Positions 32,777 to 42,705 of a DNA stretch of 64,000 nucleotides are shown here, one piece after another. Below the pieces are notes generated by a model. It was not told where the DNA came from and made no database searches. It saw only the letters and a program-made list of their open reading frames with translations. The position numbers and the translations under genes are program-made. The number at the start of each line of letters is the position of its first letter. The first letter of the stretch is position 1. The stretch is taken from contig CAIMTJ010000092.1 in the NCBI GenBank assembly GCA_903844385.1, positions 2,826 through 66,825 of the forward strand, read 5' to 3'. The DNA comes from an uncultured Burkholderiales bacterium. Lineage in GTDB: Bacteria > Pseudomonadota > Gammaproteobacteria > Burkholderiales > Burkholderiaceae_C.

Positions 32777-33525
32777 GGCAGCACCGCTTGGTTGGCCCGC
32801 GCGGTGATTTGTTCCGCTCGGTTTTGCAGGTAGGGCGAATTGGGCAGCTTTTCAAAATACTTGGGTCTGGGCAGCATCACCGCAAGTCTGGCCGCTTCAC
32901 TCGCAGTGAGTTGAGAGGCTGGTTTTCTGAAATAGTGCAGGCTCGCCGCTTGCGCGCCAAACACCCCTTCACCCCATTCGACGTGATTGAGATAAATTTC
33001 AAGAATGCGTTTTTTGCTGAGCACGCACTCAAGCGCCAAGGTGATCAAGAGCTCTTGGCCTTTGCGAATAAAGTCACGCTCACCGCTCAAGAACAGGTTT
33101 TTGGCCAGTTGCTGGGTAATGGTGGAGCCGCCAACGATGTGCAGCGGGTGTGGGGCGGCAAAATTGTGCGCGTGCTCAAGCTGGGATTGGTTTTTTTGCC
33201 AAGCGCGTTCAATGGCCGCCCATTGAACCCCATCGTGGCGGGCAAATAAATCGTCTTCCGAGATGATCACCGCGCGTTTGAGGTGAATGGAGATCTTGTC
33301 ATAGGGCACCCACTGCTCTGACCAGGTCATGGGGCGTGCTTGGCTAGCCAATCGAGCCATCTCGCTGCGCTCAAAAGTGGTGGACTGCGGGTCGACCCAA
33401 CGCATCAAGACGATGTTGCTCAGAAAAAACAACTCGAGCAAAAAGACCGCGCAAGCTAAGATGTTCACCAGGCGCCTGAGCTCTAAGCCCAAACGGTGAA
33501 GCGGCGACTTGGGTTTCATCCTCAT
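32773..33525 (-). CDS. mtgA: Monofunctional peptidoglycan transglycosylase
   Basis: [30 protein letters not shown]. Confidence 0.93.
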   Translation of the reverse strand: MRMKPKSPLHRLGLELRRLVNILACAVFLLELFFLSNIVLMRWVDPQSTTFERSEMARLASQARPMTWSEQWVPYDKISIHLKRAVIISEDDLFARHDGVQWAAIERAWQKNQSQLEHAHNFAAPHPLHIVGGSTITQQLAKNLFLSGERDFIRKGQELLITLALECVLSKKRILEIYLNHVEWGEGVFGAQAASLHYFRKPASQLTASEAARLAVMLPRPKYFEKLPNSPYLQNRAEQITARANQAVLP

Positions 33526-34412
33526 TCGTCCACGAACTCTTTGCTCACCAAACCGTCTGGGGTGAAGTGAAACACACTGACAATGGCCAACTCATCGGCA
33601 TCGCGGCGCACGCTGCTTGGAAACTCGCCATAGGGAGCGCCTCGGCGCACGATGGCCAAGGCGCGTTTGTCAAGCTCGCCAGAGCCCGAGCTTTGCAAGA
33701 CCTCGCTTTGCACGACCTCGCCCGCGGCGTTGATGCTCATCATCATGGTGAGTGTGCCATACAACTTGCGGCCAGCCACTTGGGGAAAAAAGCGCGTGCC
33801 TGTGGACTCAATCTTGCTTTTGACACTCACGTAGTACTGGGCGTAGTTCACCTCTTTGGTCGATGGCGAGAGGTAGCGGCGCTTGGGCCTGGCGTTTTGC
33901 TCTAGAATGCGCTCTTGGATTTGCCCCAACCATTTGAGCAAGGCTTGGCGCTTTTCTTCTTGGGCTTGGGTGGGTGCGCGCTCCCAAAAAGCGGGTGCTT
34001 GATCGAGTTGCTCGCGCAGACTCGTGACCAAAGCGCGCTCTTGTGCTTGCAAGCGTTTGATCTGCTCTTGGCTGGGGGCGTGGTCTGTGCCCATGCGCAT
34101 TTGTGGCACACGTTCGGTGGGAGACGACGCGAGGGACTTGCTCAGCAAGTCCCCGCCACCGAGCAAGGTGGTTTGCGCCAAGGCTTGAGCGCGCTCGTTG
34201 GACTCCATCTGCGCGTGGGTGTTGACCAAGACGATTTGAATGGGTGCTCCTTTGACCACCCGCTCTTGGCTGGCCCAAAGTCCTAGGCCTGTGCACAGCA
34301 TCAACACGTGGGTGCCCAGGGACAAGCCCAAAGCGGTTTTAAAGGGCACGCTCGGCCAGGGTCTGGCAAGGCCACCAAAGCGTGTCAAAGAGAAGCTTGG
34401 CGTGAAAGCCAT
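33522..34412 (-). CDS. TonB-family C-terminal domain protein
   Basis: N-terminal SxxxH TM, C-terminal SSG...LDKRA...APY..F. Confidence 0.75.
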   Translation of the reverse strand: MAFTPSFSLTRFGGLARPWPSVPFKTALGLSLGTHVLMLCTGLGLWASQERVVKGAPIQIVLVNTHAQMESNERAQALAQTTLLGGGDLLSKSLASSPTERVPQMRMGTDHAPSQEQIKRLQAQERALVTSLREQLDQAPAFWERAPTQAQEEKRQALLKWLGQIQERILEQNARPKRRYLSPSTKEVNYAQYYVSVKSKIESTGTRFFPQVAGRKLYGTLTMMMSINAAGEVVQSEVLQSSGSGELDKRALAIVRRGAPYGEFPSSVRRDADELAIVSVFHFTPDGLVSKEFVDE

Positions 34413-34430
34413 GGTCTTGCTCCTTTGTCC

Positions 34431-36755
34431 TCAGTCCTGAGTTGCAGCAGACTTGCTCGGGACGCCAGCATGGGGAGATGGGTCCGATTCGCCAGAGGGG
34501 ACGCTCGTTAGCGCCCCATCGCCCTCGGTGGGCTCACCGAGCTCCAGCGCCAAGCTCAAGGGGCCGGCCATGGCGGCCATGTCCTCCATCTCATCGAGGT
34601 CCTCGCCGCCGTCCATGGGGCGGTCTTGCTCAGCCGTGCTCGCGCCCTGGGTCTTGAGCGCATTGTCGCTCCAGGCCCCCAGCGTACCATCACGCTCTGA
34701 GGGGTCTTCGAGCGTGCTCAAGTACTGGGCTTTGATATCGAGGGCAATCAAGTCGATGCCGTCCAATTTCAAGAGCACGCGCTCGCCGCGGTTGAGGGTT
34801 TTGGCGGTGGTGAGCGTGACCACCAGTGGGAGCTGGTCAAGGCGCGCCAAGACCGGAAAGCCTGGGATCGCTTTGATGATGCTCGCCACCGATTCGGTGA
34901 TGCCTTCTTGTAGCACATACTTCAAGGTCCAAAAGCGTTCCATGCTTTGTTGGTGGCTGTTGTAGGCGCTGTAGGCGGACTCAAAGGACGAGATGATGGC
35001 AAAGAGTTCTGTGTCTTTGGGCTTGAAGGGGGCGGCCAGCGCCGCCGTGTTGCCGTGGCGCACACACGCCACAATTTGCCACTGGTTGACCAAATCGGTG
35101 TAGCGCCGCAGCGGTGAGGTGCTCCAAGCGTAGCTCGCCACCCCAATGCCCGCATGCGCAAGCGCCTTGGTGCCCATCCTGACTTTGACCCCAGGCAGCA
35201 TGCTTTGCTGCGAGCGGTAAATACCGGGCACGCCCAATTCGCTGAGCCATTGACCCCAGGTTGAATTGGCCAAAATCATGCTCTCGGCCACGATCAAGTC
35301 GAGCCCACTGCCTCTCACCCGCTGGGTGATGGACACCCGCTCCTCGCCGCTTGGAGCGGCCTGCTCAGCGTCGGGGGCCAAGGCCATGAGAGCGTCGCCT
35401 GGGGCCACCGGCTCGAGTTTGAATTGGTAATCCGGTTGATTGAATCTCTCGGGTTTGCCGCGCACGACTTCGCGAGCAGCTTTGAGTTTCAAGGCCAAGC
35501 GGTACAAAAAAGACAGCTTGGCATGGGCGTGCTCGATGGGCAAAAGCTCGTGGGGTGGGTTGAGCTCGCCCTCAGGCGCTTGGGGGGCCTCTAGCCACGC
35601 GGTGTTGATCCAGGGCTCCAAGCGGTCGTAGCGCAAATTGGCGCTGATGAACACGTGCTCCACGCGCGAGAAGGTACGCTGGGTCTGCAGTGTCGCTTCA
35701 TCGATCACCACATACAAGGAGACGGCCGCGCAGTGCTGGCCGGCTTTCAAGGTGAAGGCCTCGACCACGGCTTTGGGCAGCATGGTGACTTTTTGCCCGG
35801 GCATGTAGACCGTGGAGAGCCGCTCGCGCGCCATCTGGTCCATGGCGTGCCCAGGCAGAAAGCCCAAGGCGGGGGCGGCAATGTGAATCCCGAGTGTCAC
35901 CACCCCGGTGCCCAAACCACTGAGCGACAAGGCGTCATCGATCTCGGTGGTCATCGAGTCATCAATGGAGAAGGCCTGGACGTCTCTTGGAGAGCCTTCT
36001 GGGGTCAAGGTCTGGGGCTCAGTGGCTCGCTCGAGACCTTCAAAACACGAGGCAGGGGGGGTAAAGCCGAGGACGGCTGGGGCAAACTGCACGCCCTTGG
36101 GGAACTGGTCAAACAAAAAGCGCTGCCAATGAAATTCATGGGCTGAGCCGATGGCGTTGGCCTTTTGCAGCAGCACCAAGGGGGGCTGTTGCGCGGCGTG
36201 CGAGGCTTGCACCACGGCTTTGTATTCGGCTGCGTTTTTATCGGGTTTGAAGAGGATTTTGTAGAGCTGTGCACGGATAGGCTCGGGGCAGCGGCCCGCG
36301 GCCAAGTCCTGGGCCCATTGGTCGGTTTGGGCTTGCAAGAGGCGTTTTTTCTCAAGGGCAGCGAGTGCCAAGGCCACCACTTCGGGGGCGGCTTTTTTAA
36401 ATCGGCCCTTTCCCAGACGGCGAAAGTAATGCGGGGCGTCAAAGAGGAGGAAGAGGCTGGCGAGTTGTTGGGCCAAGCTCGCGTCGCTTGAGAAGTAATC
36501 CTTGGCCAGTTCAATGAAGTCAAACTCCTCGTCTTGGGCAAACTCATAGGCGAGTTCGGTCTCCATGCTGGCGCGCGCGGCTTGAGCTGCTTGCCACAAC
36601 ACGGCTGGGGCAGGGGACTCGAACTGCAGCAGCAGCAAGGCGGATTTGACCTTGACGCGTTTGCCCGTTTCGAGCTCAATTTGGGCCGAGGTGTCGGTGC
36701 TGGAGAGGATTTTGCCGCTGGCGTATTTGCCCGCGTCTTCAAAGATTGCATACAT
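34431..36755 (-). CDS. RNB-domain ribonuclease (RNase II/R family)
   Basis: SIDDSMTTEIDDA, HIAAP, STVYMPG, TSPLRRYTDL. Confidence 0.92.
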   Translation of the reverse strand: MYAIFEDAGKYASGKILSSTDTSAQIELETGKRVKVKSALLLLQFESPAPAVLWQAAQAARASMETELAYEFAQDEEFDFIELAKDYFSSDASLAQQLASLFLLFDAPHYFRRLGKGRFKKAAPEVVALALAALEKKRLLQAQTDQWAQDLAAGRCPEPIRAQLYKILFKPDKNAAEYKAVVQASHAAQQPPLVLLQKANAIGSAHEFHWQRFLFDQFPKGVQFAPAVLGFTPPASCFEGLERATEPQTLTPEGSPRDVQAFSIDDSMTTEIDDALSLSGLGTGVVTLGIHIAAPALGFLPGHAMDQMARERLSTVYMPGQKVTMLPKAVVEAFTLKAGQHCAAVSLYVVIDEATLQTQRTFSRVEHVFISANLRYDRLEPWINTAWLEAPQAPEGELNPPHELLPIEHAHAKLSFLYRLALKLKAAREVVRGKPERFNQPDYQFKLEPVAPGDALMALAPDAEQAAPSGEERVSITQRVRGSGLDLIVAESMILANSTWGQWLSELGVPGIYRSQQSMLPGVKVRMGTKALAHAGIGVASYAWSTSPLRRYTDLVNQWQIVACVRHGNTAALAAPFKPKDTELFAIISSFESAYSAYNSHQQSMERFWTLKYVLQEGITESVASIIKAIPGFPVLARLDQLPLVVTLTTAKTLNRGERVLLKLDGIDLIALDIKAQYLSTLEDPSERDGTLGAWSDNALKTQGASTAEQDRPMDGGEDLDEMEDMAAMAGPLSLALELGEPTEGDGALTSVPSGESDPSPHAGVPSKSAATQD

Positions 36756-36850
36756 GGGCGCCATTGTCCCATGGACTGAATGCACCCAAGACTGAGAAAG
36801 CCATAAAAAATCCTGAGCATGCTGCTCACTTGCCGTGGATAATACGAGCC

Positions 36851-38005
36851 ATGCCGATTATTTTGGAAGAACCCAACCCGTTTCAACGGATGAAATTCAT
36901 GCTCCAAGGCCTGGATGGGCCCTTGTTGGTGGCGGTGTTTTTGCTCGCCAGTGCGGGCATGCTCACCATGTACTCTTCGGGGGGGGGATCCGATGGGCGC
37001 TTTGTGGACCATGGCCGCAACATGGTCTTGGCTTGTCTCATCATGTTCATGGTGGCCCAAATTCCACCTCACCGCTTGATGGCTTTTGCGCTGCCCTTGT
37101 ACACAGTGGGAGTGGCCTTGTTGATTGCCGTGGCGGTTTTTGGTCTCACGAAAAAAGGCGCCAAACGCTGGCTTTATGTGGGGGTGGTGATCCAGCCCAG
37201 TGAGATCTTGAAAATCGCCATGCCCTTGATGCTGTCGTGGTGGTTTCAAAAGCGCGAGGGGCAGTTGCGCCCCTTGGACTTTTTGGTGGCGAGCGTTTTG
37301 CTGATGGTCCCCGTGGGTTTGATTGTGAAGCAGCCTGACTTGGGTACCGCCATTTTGGTGCTGTCCGCGGGCTTTTATGTGATTTTCTTTGCCGGTTTGA
37401 GTTGGCGCTTGATTGTGCCGCCGGTCGTGATTTTTTTGGGGCTCATTTTGGCCCTGGTGATCTTGGAGCCCACCTTGTGTGATGACCAATTTCACTGGCC
37501 GCTGCTCAGGGACTACCAGCAGCAGCGCATTTGCACGCTTTTGGATCCCTCGCGCGACCCCTTGGGCAAGGGCTTTCACATCATTCAAGGCATGATTGCG
37601 ATCGGCTCGGGGGGGATTTTCGGCAAAGGCTTCTTGCAAGGCACCCAAACCCATTTGGATTTCATTCCTGAGCATGCCACCGACTTTGTGTTTGCCTCAT
37701 ATGCCGAGGAGTTTGGTCTCTTTGGGGCGATATTGTTGATTGTGGGCTTTGTCTTTTTGATTCTGCGCGGCTTGAGCATTGCTCTAGACGGGCCCACCCT
37801 CTTTAGCCGACTGCTGGCGGGCAGCATCACCCTCATCTTTTTCACCTACGCCTTTGTGAACATGGCCATGGTGAGTGGGATATTGCCGGTGGTGGGGGTC
37901 CCCCTGCCGTTCATCAGCTATGGCGGCACGGCCATGGTCACCTTGGGCTTTGGTTTGGGCATTTTGATGTCGGTCTCCAAGGCCAAGCAGTTGGTGCAGT
38001 CTTGA
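36851..38005 (+). CDS. rodA: Rod shape-determining protein RodA
   Basis: GAKRW, QPSE, QPDLGT, FIPEHATDF, PVVGVPLPFISYGG. Confidence 0.95.
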   Translation: MPIILEEPNPFQRMKFMLQGLDGPLLVAVFLLASAGMLTMYSSGGGSDGRFVDHGRNMVLACLIMFMVAQIPPHRLMAFALPLYTVGVALLIAVAVFGLTKKGAKRWLYVGVVIQPSEILKIAMPLMLSWWFQKREGQLRPLDFLVASVLLMVPVGLIVKQPDLGTAILVLSAGFYVIFFAGLSWRLIVPPVVIFLGLILALVILEPTLCDDQFHWPLLRDYQQQRICTLLDPSRDPLGKGFHIIQGMIAIGSGGIFGKGFLQGTQTHLDFIPEHATDFVFASYAEEFGLFGAILLIVGFVFLILRGLSIALDGPTLFSRLLAGSITLIFFTYAFVNMAMVSGILPVVGVPLPFISYGGTAMVTLGFGLGILMSVSKAKQLVQS

Positions 38006-38122
38006 ACCGGTGTGCCTGAGCCTCAAGCCCTGAGGATGCGACGCACAAAGCCCCTGTGTCCGCGGGTGGGCATTCTCAGGGGCATCGGCTCCCCGGGTGG
38101 GGAGAGACCCTACAATGCAAGC

Positions 38123-39694
38123 ATGATGCACCCCAACTCCTCCCTCTTCGCCGCCACGACCCCCGATCCAGCTCTGGGGCTCGATGCGGGTCTTTCCTCA
38201 CCCTTGTCGCCAGGGCAAGCGCTCAAAGACAGCCAGCCTTCGGCCTCGGCTTCACAAGCGCGCCAACGCGTTGCGCATGACGTCTTGCTCGCGCCGTTTG
38301 GTTTGGATGAAAGCCACCTGCAGCGCGCCTTGGCCGAGATCACCCAGCACCAAGTCGATGACGCCGATTTGTATTTTCAGACCACCCGCTCTGAGGGTTG
38401 GAGTTTGGAAGAGGGCATCGTCAAAACCGGCTCCTTCAGCATCGACCAAGGGGTGGGGGTGAGGGCTGTGAGTGGTGAAAAAACCGCCTTTGCTTACTCC
38501 GACGACATTTCCTGGGCGAGTCTTTTGGATGCCGCGCACACGGTGCGCTCCATCACCGCCGCTTTGAGCCAGGGGCGCCAGAAGGTGCCGCGCGGCAAAA
38601 TGCCCGCGGCCCGGCGTCTTTATGGCGTGGAGGACCCCATTGCCAGCATGGACAGCACGGCCAAGGTGCAGTTGCTTGAAAAGATCGAGGGCATGGCGCG
38701 TGCCCAAGACACTCGGGTCGTGCAAGTGATGGCGAGTTTGTCCATGGAGCACGATGTGGTGCTGGTGGCGCGGGCCAACGGGGTGAGAGCGGCCGATATT
38801 CGACCCTTGGTGCGTTTGAATGTCACGGTGATTGTGGAGCAAAACGGTCGAAGAGAAACGGGCTCGAGCGGTGGTGGTGGGCGCTTTGGTTTGGCCTATT
38901 TTGATGACGCACTGCTGCAGACTTTTGCCAGCGAAGCGGTGCAGTGTGGCCTCACCAATTTGGAGGCCCGAGCGGCACCGGCTGGGGAAATGCCCGTGGT
39001 GTTGGGGCCAGGCTGGCCCGGTATTTTGCTGCACGAAGCGATTGGACACGGCCTGGAGGGAGACTTCAACCGCAAGGGCTCGAGTGCCTTTAGTGGTCGC
39101 ATCGGCAAGCGGGTCGCCGCCAAGGGCGTCACGGTGCTCGATGATGGCACACTGGCACACCGTCGTGGGTCCTTGAACGTGGACGATGAGGGCGAGGTGA
39201 GTCAGCGCAATGTCTTGATCGAAGACGGCATTTTGCAAGGCTACATCCAAGACACCATGAACGCAAGACTCATGGGGGTCAAGCCCACGGGCAACGGCAG
39301 GCGCGAGAGCTATGCGCATTTGCCCATGCCCAGGATGACCAACACGTATATGCTGGGCGGTGAGCGGGACCCCGCCGAGATCATCGGCAGCTTAAAGCGC
39401 GGTCTTTATGCCAGCAATTTTGGAGGGGGCCAGGTCGACATCACCTCGGGTAAATTTGTGTTTTCCACCAGTCAAGCGTGGTGGGTTGAGAACGGCAAAT
39501 TGCTCTACCCGGTCAAGGGTGCGACCTTGGTGGGCAACGGCCCCGATGCGCTCACCCGGGTGAGCATGATTGGTTCAGATTTGCACCTGGACTCAGGGGT
39601 GGGGACGTGTGGCAAGGAAGGCCAAAGTGTCCCCGTGGGTGTGGGTCAGCCCACGTTGCGCATTGAAGGCTTGACAGTGGGCGGCACGGCTTGA
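38123..39694 (+). CDS. tldD: Metalloprotease TldD
   Basis: HEAIGHGLEGDFNRK, PRMTNT, CGKEGQ. Confidence 0.96.
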   Translation: MMHPNSSLFAATTPDPALGLDAGLSSPLSPGQALKDSQPSASASQARQRVAHDVLLAPFGLDESHLQRALAEITQHQVDDADLYFQTTRSEGWSLEEGIVKTGSFSIDQGVGVRAVSGEKTAFAYSDDISWASLLDAAHTVRSITAALSQGRQKVPRGKMPAARRLYGVEDPIASMDSTAKVQLLEKIEGMARAQDTRVVQVMASLSMEHDVVLVARANGVRAADIRPLVRLNVTVIVEQNGRRETGSSGGGGRFGLAYFDDALLQTFASEAVQCGLTNLEARAAPAGEMPVVLGPGWPGILLHEAIGHGLEGDFNRKGSSAFSGRIGKRVAAKGVTVLDDGTLAHRRGSLNVDDEGEVSQRNVLIEDGILQGYIQDTMNARLMGVKPTGNGRRESYAHLPMPRMTNTYMLGGERDPAEIIGSLKRGLYASNFGGGQVDITSGKFVFSTSQAWWVENGKLLYPVKGATLVGNGPDALTRVSMIGSDLHLDSGVGTCGKEGQSVPVGVGQPTLRIEGLTVGGTA

Positions 39695-39760
39695 GGCCGG
39701 ACCCAATGCCTCGCCGCTCCAAACCTCACCTCACCAGGCTTTGCGGGTCTATGCAGGGTC

Positions 39761-39788
39761 TTGACGGTCTCACATTTTGTGATATATT
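39761..39788 (+). promoter_or_regulatory. Sigma70-like promoter for the DAHP synthase leader
   Basis: TTGACG-16-TATATT; TCACA-TTT-TGTGA palindrome in the spacer. Confidence 0.6.
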
Positions 39789-39794
39789 TTGATC

Positions 39795-39866
39795 ATGAAG
39801 AATTTTTTACAGTTTGGATTTTTTAAGAACTTTCTCACTGCCCCTGGGGCGGCTCAGAGAGTTTGA
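39795..39866 (+). CDS. Phe-rich attenuator leader peptide MKNFLQFGFFKNFLTAPGAAQRV
   Basis: 23 codons, 5 Phe (all TTT) in the first 13; upstream of a terminator/antiterminator and the DAHP synthase. Confidence 0.8.
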   Translation: MKNFLQFGFFKNFLTAPGAAQRV

Positions 39867-39895
39867 ACGAATCCATCTCGATTTAAATTCACACC

Positions 39896-39924
39896 AGCCG
39901 CCCCTTGAGGGCGGTTTTTGTTTT
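39896..39924 (+). terminator. Attenuator terminator before DAHP synthase
   Basis: AGCCGCCC-CTTGA-GGGCGGTT, then TTTGTTTT. Confidence 0.85.
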
Positions 39925-39980
39925 GGGGCTGCCACAGTCACGGCTTGTTGGCGGGTCATTTTTACGGAGAGTTCACGTTC

Positions 39981-41099
39981 ATGAATGCCAAAGTACCATC
40001 TCACTCGCTGCCCATGGGTGCCGAAAAAACCAGCCAAACGGATGACCAGCGCATCAAAGACATCACGGTGCTCCCCCCGCCCGAGCACTTGATTCGTTTC
40101 TTCCCCATCCAAGGCACCCCGGTTGAAGCCCTGATTGCCAAAACGCGCCACGCCATTCACCGCATCATGGCCGCTCAGGATGACCGCTTGCTGGTGGTGA
40201 TGGGGCCGTGTTCGATCAATGATCCAGCGGCGGCTCTGGAGTATGCCCGCCGCTTGGTCCATGCACGCGCTGAGTTCGCGGGGACCTTGGAGGTGGTGAT
40301 GCGGGTGTATTTTGAGAAGCCTCGCACCACGGTGGGCTGGAAGGGTCTCATCAATGACCCGTATTTGGATGAGAGTTATCGCATTGACGAGGGCTTGAGG
40401 ATTGCGCGCCAGCTCTTGATTGAGATCAACCGCTTGGGGCTGCCCGCGGGCAGTGAATTCTTGGATGTGATTTCGCCGCAGTACATTGGCGACTTGATCT
40501 CTTGGGGGGCGATTGGTGCGAGAACCACCGAGAGCCAAGTGCACCGTGAGTTGGCCTCGGGCATCTCGGCTCCCATCGGGTTCAAAAACGGGACCGATGG
40601 CAACATCAAAATCGCCACCGACGCCATTCAAGCTGCCGCGCGTGGGCATCACTTTTTGTCGGTGCACAAAAACGGCCAAGTCGCGATCGTGCAAACCCAG
40701 GGCAACTCGGATTGTCATGTGATTTTGCGCGGTGGCAAGAAGCCCAACTATGACGCGCAAAGTGTCCAAGAGGCTTGTGCAGAGCTGGCCAAGGCGCACT
40801 TGTCCACGAACTTGATGGTGGACTGCTCGCACGCGAATGCCAGCAAGCAGTTTGAAAAACAAAAAGACGTGGTGGCTGACATTGCCCAGCAATTGGCCAG
40901 TGGGTCAGCGCATATTTTTGGGGTGATGCTCGAGAGTCATTTGCTCGAGGGAGCACAAAAATTCACCCCGGGCAAAGACAAGGTGAGTGCCTTGACGTAC
41001 GGACAGAGCATCACCGACCCATGCTTGGGTTGGGAGGACTCGCTGGCTTGTTTGGGGGTTTTGTCCTCCGCCGTCAAGGCCAGGCGTAAAACCGCTTGA
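39981..41099 (+). CDS. aroG: DAHP synthase, class I-alpha (AroG-like)
   Basis: DDQRI, GPCSI, RVYFEKPRT, GARTTESQ, DCSHAN, ITDPC. Confidence 0.93.
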   Translation: MNAKVPSHSLPMGAEKTSQTDDQRIKDITVLPPPEHLIRFFPIQGTPVEALIAKTRHAIHRIMAAQDDRLLVVMGPCSINDPAAALEYARRLVHARAEFAGTLEVVMRVYFEKPRTTVGWKGLINDPYLDESYRIDEGLRIARQLLIEINRLGLPAGSEFLDVISPQYIGDLISWGAIGARTTESQVHRELASGISAPIGFKNGTDGNIKIATDAIQAAARGHHFLSVHKNGQVAIVQTQGNSDCHVILRGGKKPNYDAQSVQEACAELAKAHLSTNLMVDCSHANASKQFEKQKDVVADIAQQLASGSAHIFGVMLESHLLEGAQKFTPGKDKVSALTYGQSITDPCLGWEDSLACLGVLSSAVKARRKTA

Positions 41100-41129
41100 G
41101 TGGATCTCGCCCGAGTGGCCTCGCGTGCT

Positions 41130-42617
41130 TTAGGGCGCGTGGCCTGCCAAGCGAGACAACAATTTGGCGTGTATCCCACCAAACCCACCATTGCTCATGC
41201 ACACGATGTGATCCCCGGCTTGGGTCTTAGAGGCGACGAGCTCAACCAAGGCCTCAATATGGTTGGCGCACATCGCCCGCTCACCCAAGGGGGCGAGCGC
41301 TTCTTGCGCGTTCCAGTCGAGTCCCTGGGTGTGACAAAAGCTCAAATTGGCGGCTTGCAAGGCCATGGGCAATAGGGCCTTCATGCTACCGAGCTTCATG
41401 GTGTTGCTGCGCGGCTCAAACACGCACAAAATCCGCGCTTCATCTCCCAATTGGCGCCGCAAGCCTTCCAAGGTGGTTTGGATGGCAGTGGGGTGGTGGG
41501 CAAAATCGTCGTAGACACTCACCAGTGGTGGGCGCTCGCTCGATGCCAAGATGCTGCTCGTGCTGGCGCTCAAGGCGACTTGGCCTTTGAGCTCCATGCG
41601 ACGACGCACGTTTTGAAACTGCTCGAGAGCCAGGATGCTTTCCTCCACGCTCACCCCCACGTGGTGGGCCGCCGCGATGGCGGCCAAGGCGTTCATCTGG
41701 TTGTGCACGCCAGTGATGGACCAGCGAAGCCGCCCCAGGAGTTTGCGCTCATGCCACACTTCAAAGTCCTCGGCAGGCCCCGAGAGCAGCCAATTCACGG
41801 CAAAGGTGTCACCCTCTTGGGGCTGATGGCCATCGAGTGCAAACCCTTCGCACTCGCTCCAGCAGCCCATGCCAATCACGCGCTGCAGACTGCGCTCTTG
41901 GGCGTTGACGATGAGACGACCTAAAGCCGGTACAGTTCGCACCAGGTGGTGGAATTGACGCTCAATGGCCTGCAGATCATCAAAGATGTCGGCGTGGTCA
42001 AACTCGAGGTTGTTCAAAATCACGGTGCGAGGGCGGTAGTGAACGAACTTGCTGCGTTTGTCAAAAAACGCCGTGTCGTATTCATCGGCTTCGATCACAA
42101 AGAGGGGTCTTCGCGTCTTGTCGGTCTTGCCTGGCAGTCGTGCCGAGGTGTTGAAATTCAGCGGCACGCCGCCAATCAAGTAGCCGGGTTGGAGTCCAGC
42201 GTGCTCGAGGATCCAAGCGAGCATGGAGCTTGTGGTGGTTTTACCGTGGGTGCCGGCCACCGCGAGCACGTGAAACTCATGACCGCTTGCGTGCAAGAGG
42301 TGTTCACTGAGCCACTGCGGACCGCTCATATAGGGCAGCCCCAACTCCAAAATGGACTCCATCAAGGGGTATTTGGCCGCGCCCTCTGGGCTCTTTTGGC
42401 GCGACACCACATTGCCCACGACAAAGAGATCGGGCTTGAGGGCGAGTTGCTCGTTGCCAAAGCCCGTGGTGAGCTCAATGCCCAGGGCTTCGAGCTGATC
42501 GCTCATGGGTGGATAGACCCCTTGGTCGCAACCGGTGACGCGGTGGCCGCTCGCCTTGGCCAAGGCGGCCAAGCCGCCCATGAAGGTGCCGCAAATGCCT
42601 AAGATGTGGATGTGCAT
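41130..42617 (-). CDS. mpl: Murein tripeptide ligase
   Basis: HILGICGTFMG, GTHGKTT, EADEYDTAFFDKRSKF, DDFAHHP, EPRSNTM. Confidence 0.97.
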   Translation of the reverse strand: MHIHILGICGTFMGGLAALAKASGHRVTGCDQGVYPPMSDQLEALGIELTTGFGNEQLALKPDLFVVGNVVSRQKSPEGAAKYPLMESILELGLPYMSGPQWLSEHLLHASGHEFHVLAVAGTHGKTTTSSMLAWILEHAGLQPGYLIGGVPLNFNTSARLPGKTDKTRRPLFVIEADEYDTAFFDKRSKFVHYRPRTVILNNLEFDHADIFDDLQAIERQFHHLVRTVPALGRLIVNAQERSLQRVIGMGCWSECEGFALDGHQPQEGDTFAVNWLLSGPAEDFEVWHERKLLGRLRWSITGVHNQMNALAAIAAAHHVGVSVEESILALEQFQNVRRRMELKGQVALSASTSSILASSERPPLVSVYDDFAHHPTAIQTTLEGLRRQLGDEARILCVFEPRSNTMKLGSMKALLPMALQAANLSFCHTQGLDWNAQEALAPLGERAMCANHIEALVELVASKTQAGDHIVCMSNGGFGGIHAKLLSRLAGHAP

Positions 42618-42705
42618 GCGCACTATTTTAGACGTGACTGCTCACGCCATGGCGCCAGTGCTCGCGTGTGCTCTTTTGCCCTCAAAGTTGTGCACAATAC
42701 GCAGG

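Noticed and set aside
36005-37675. 556-aa minus-strand ORF
   Set aside because: Antisense shadow of rodA and off-frame to RNB; no motifs.
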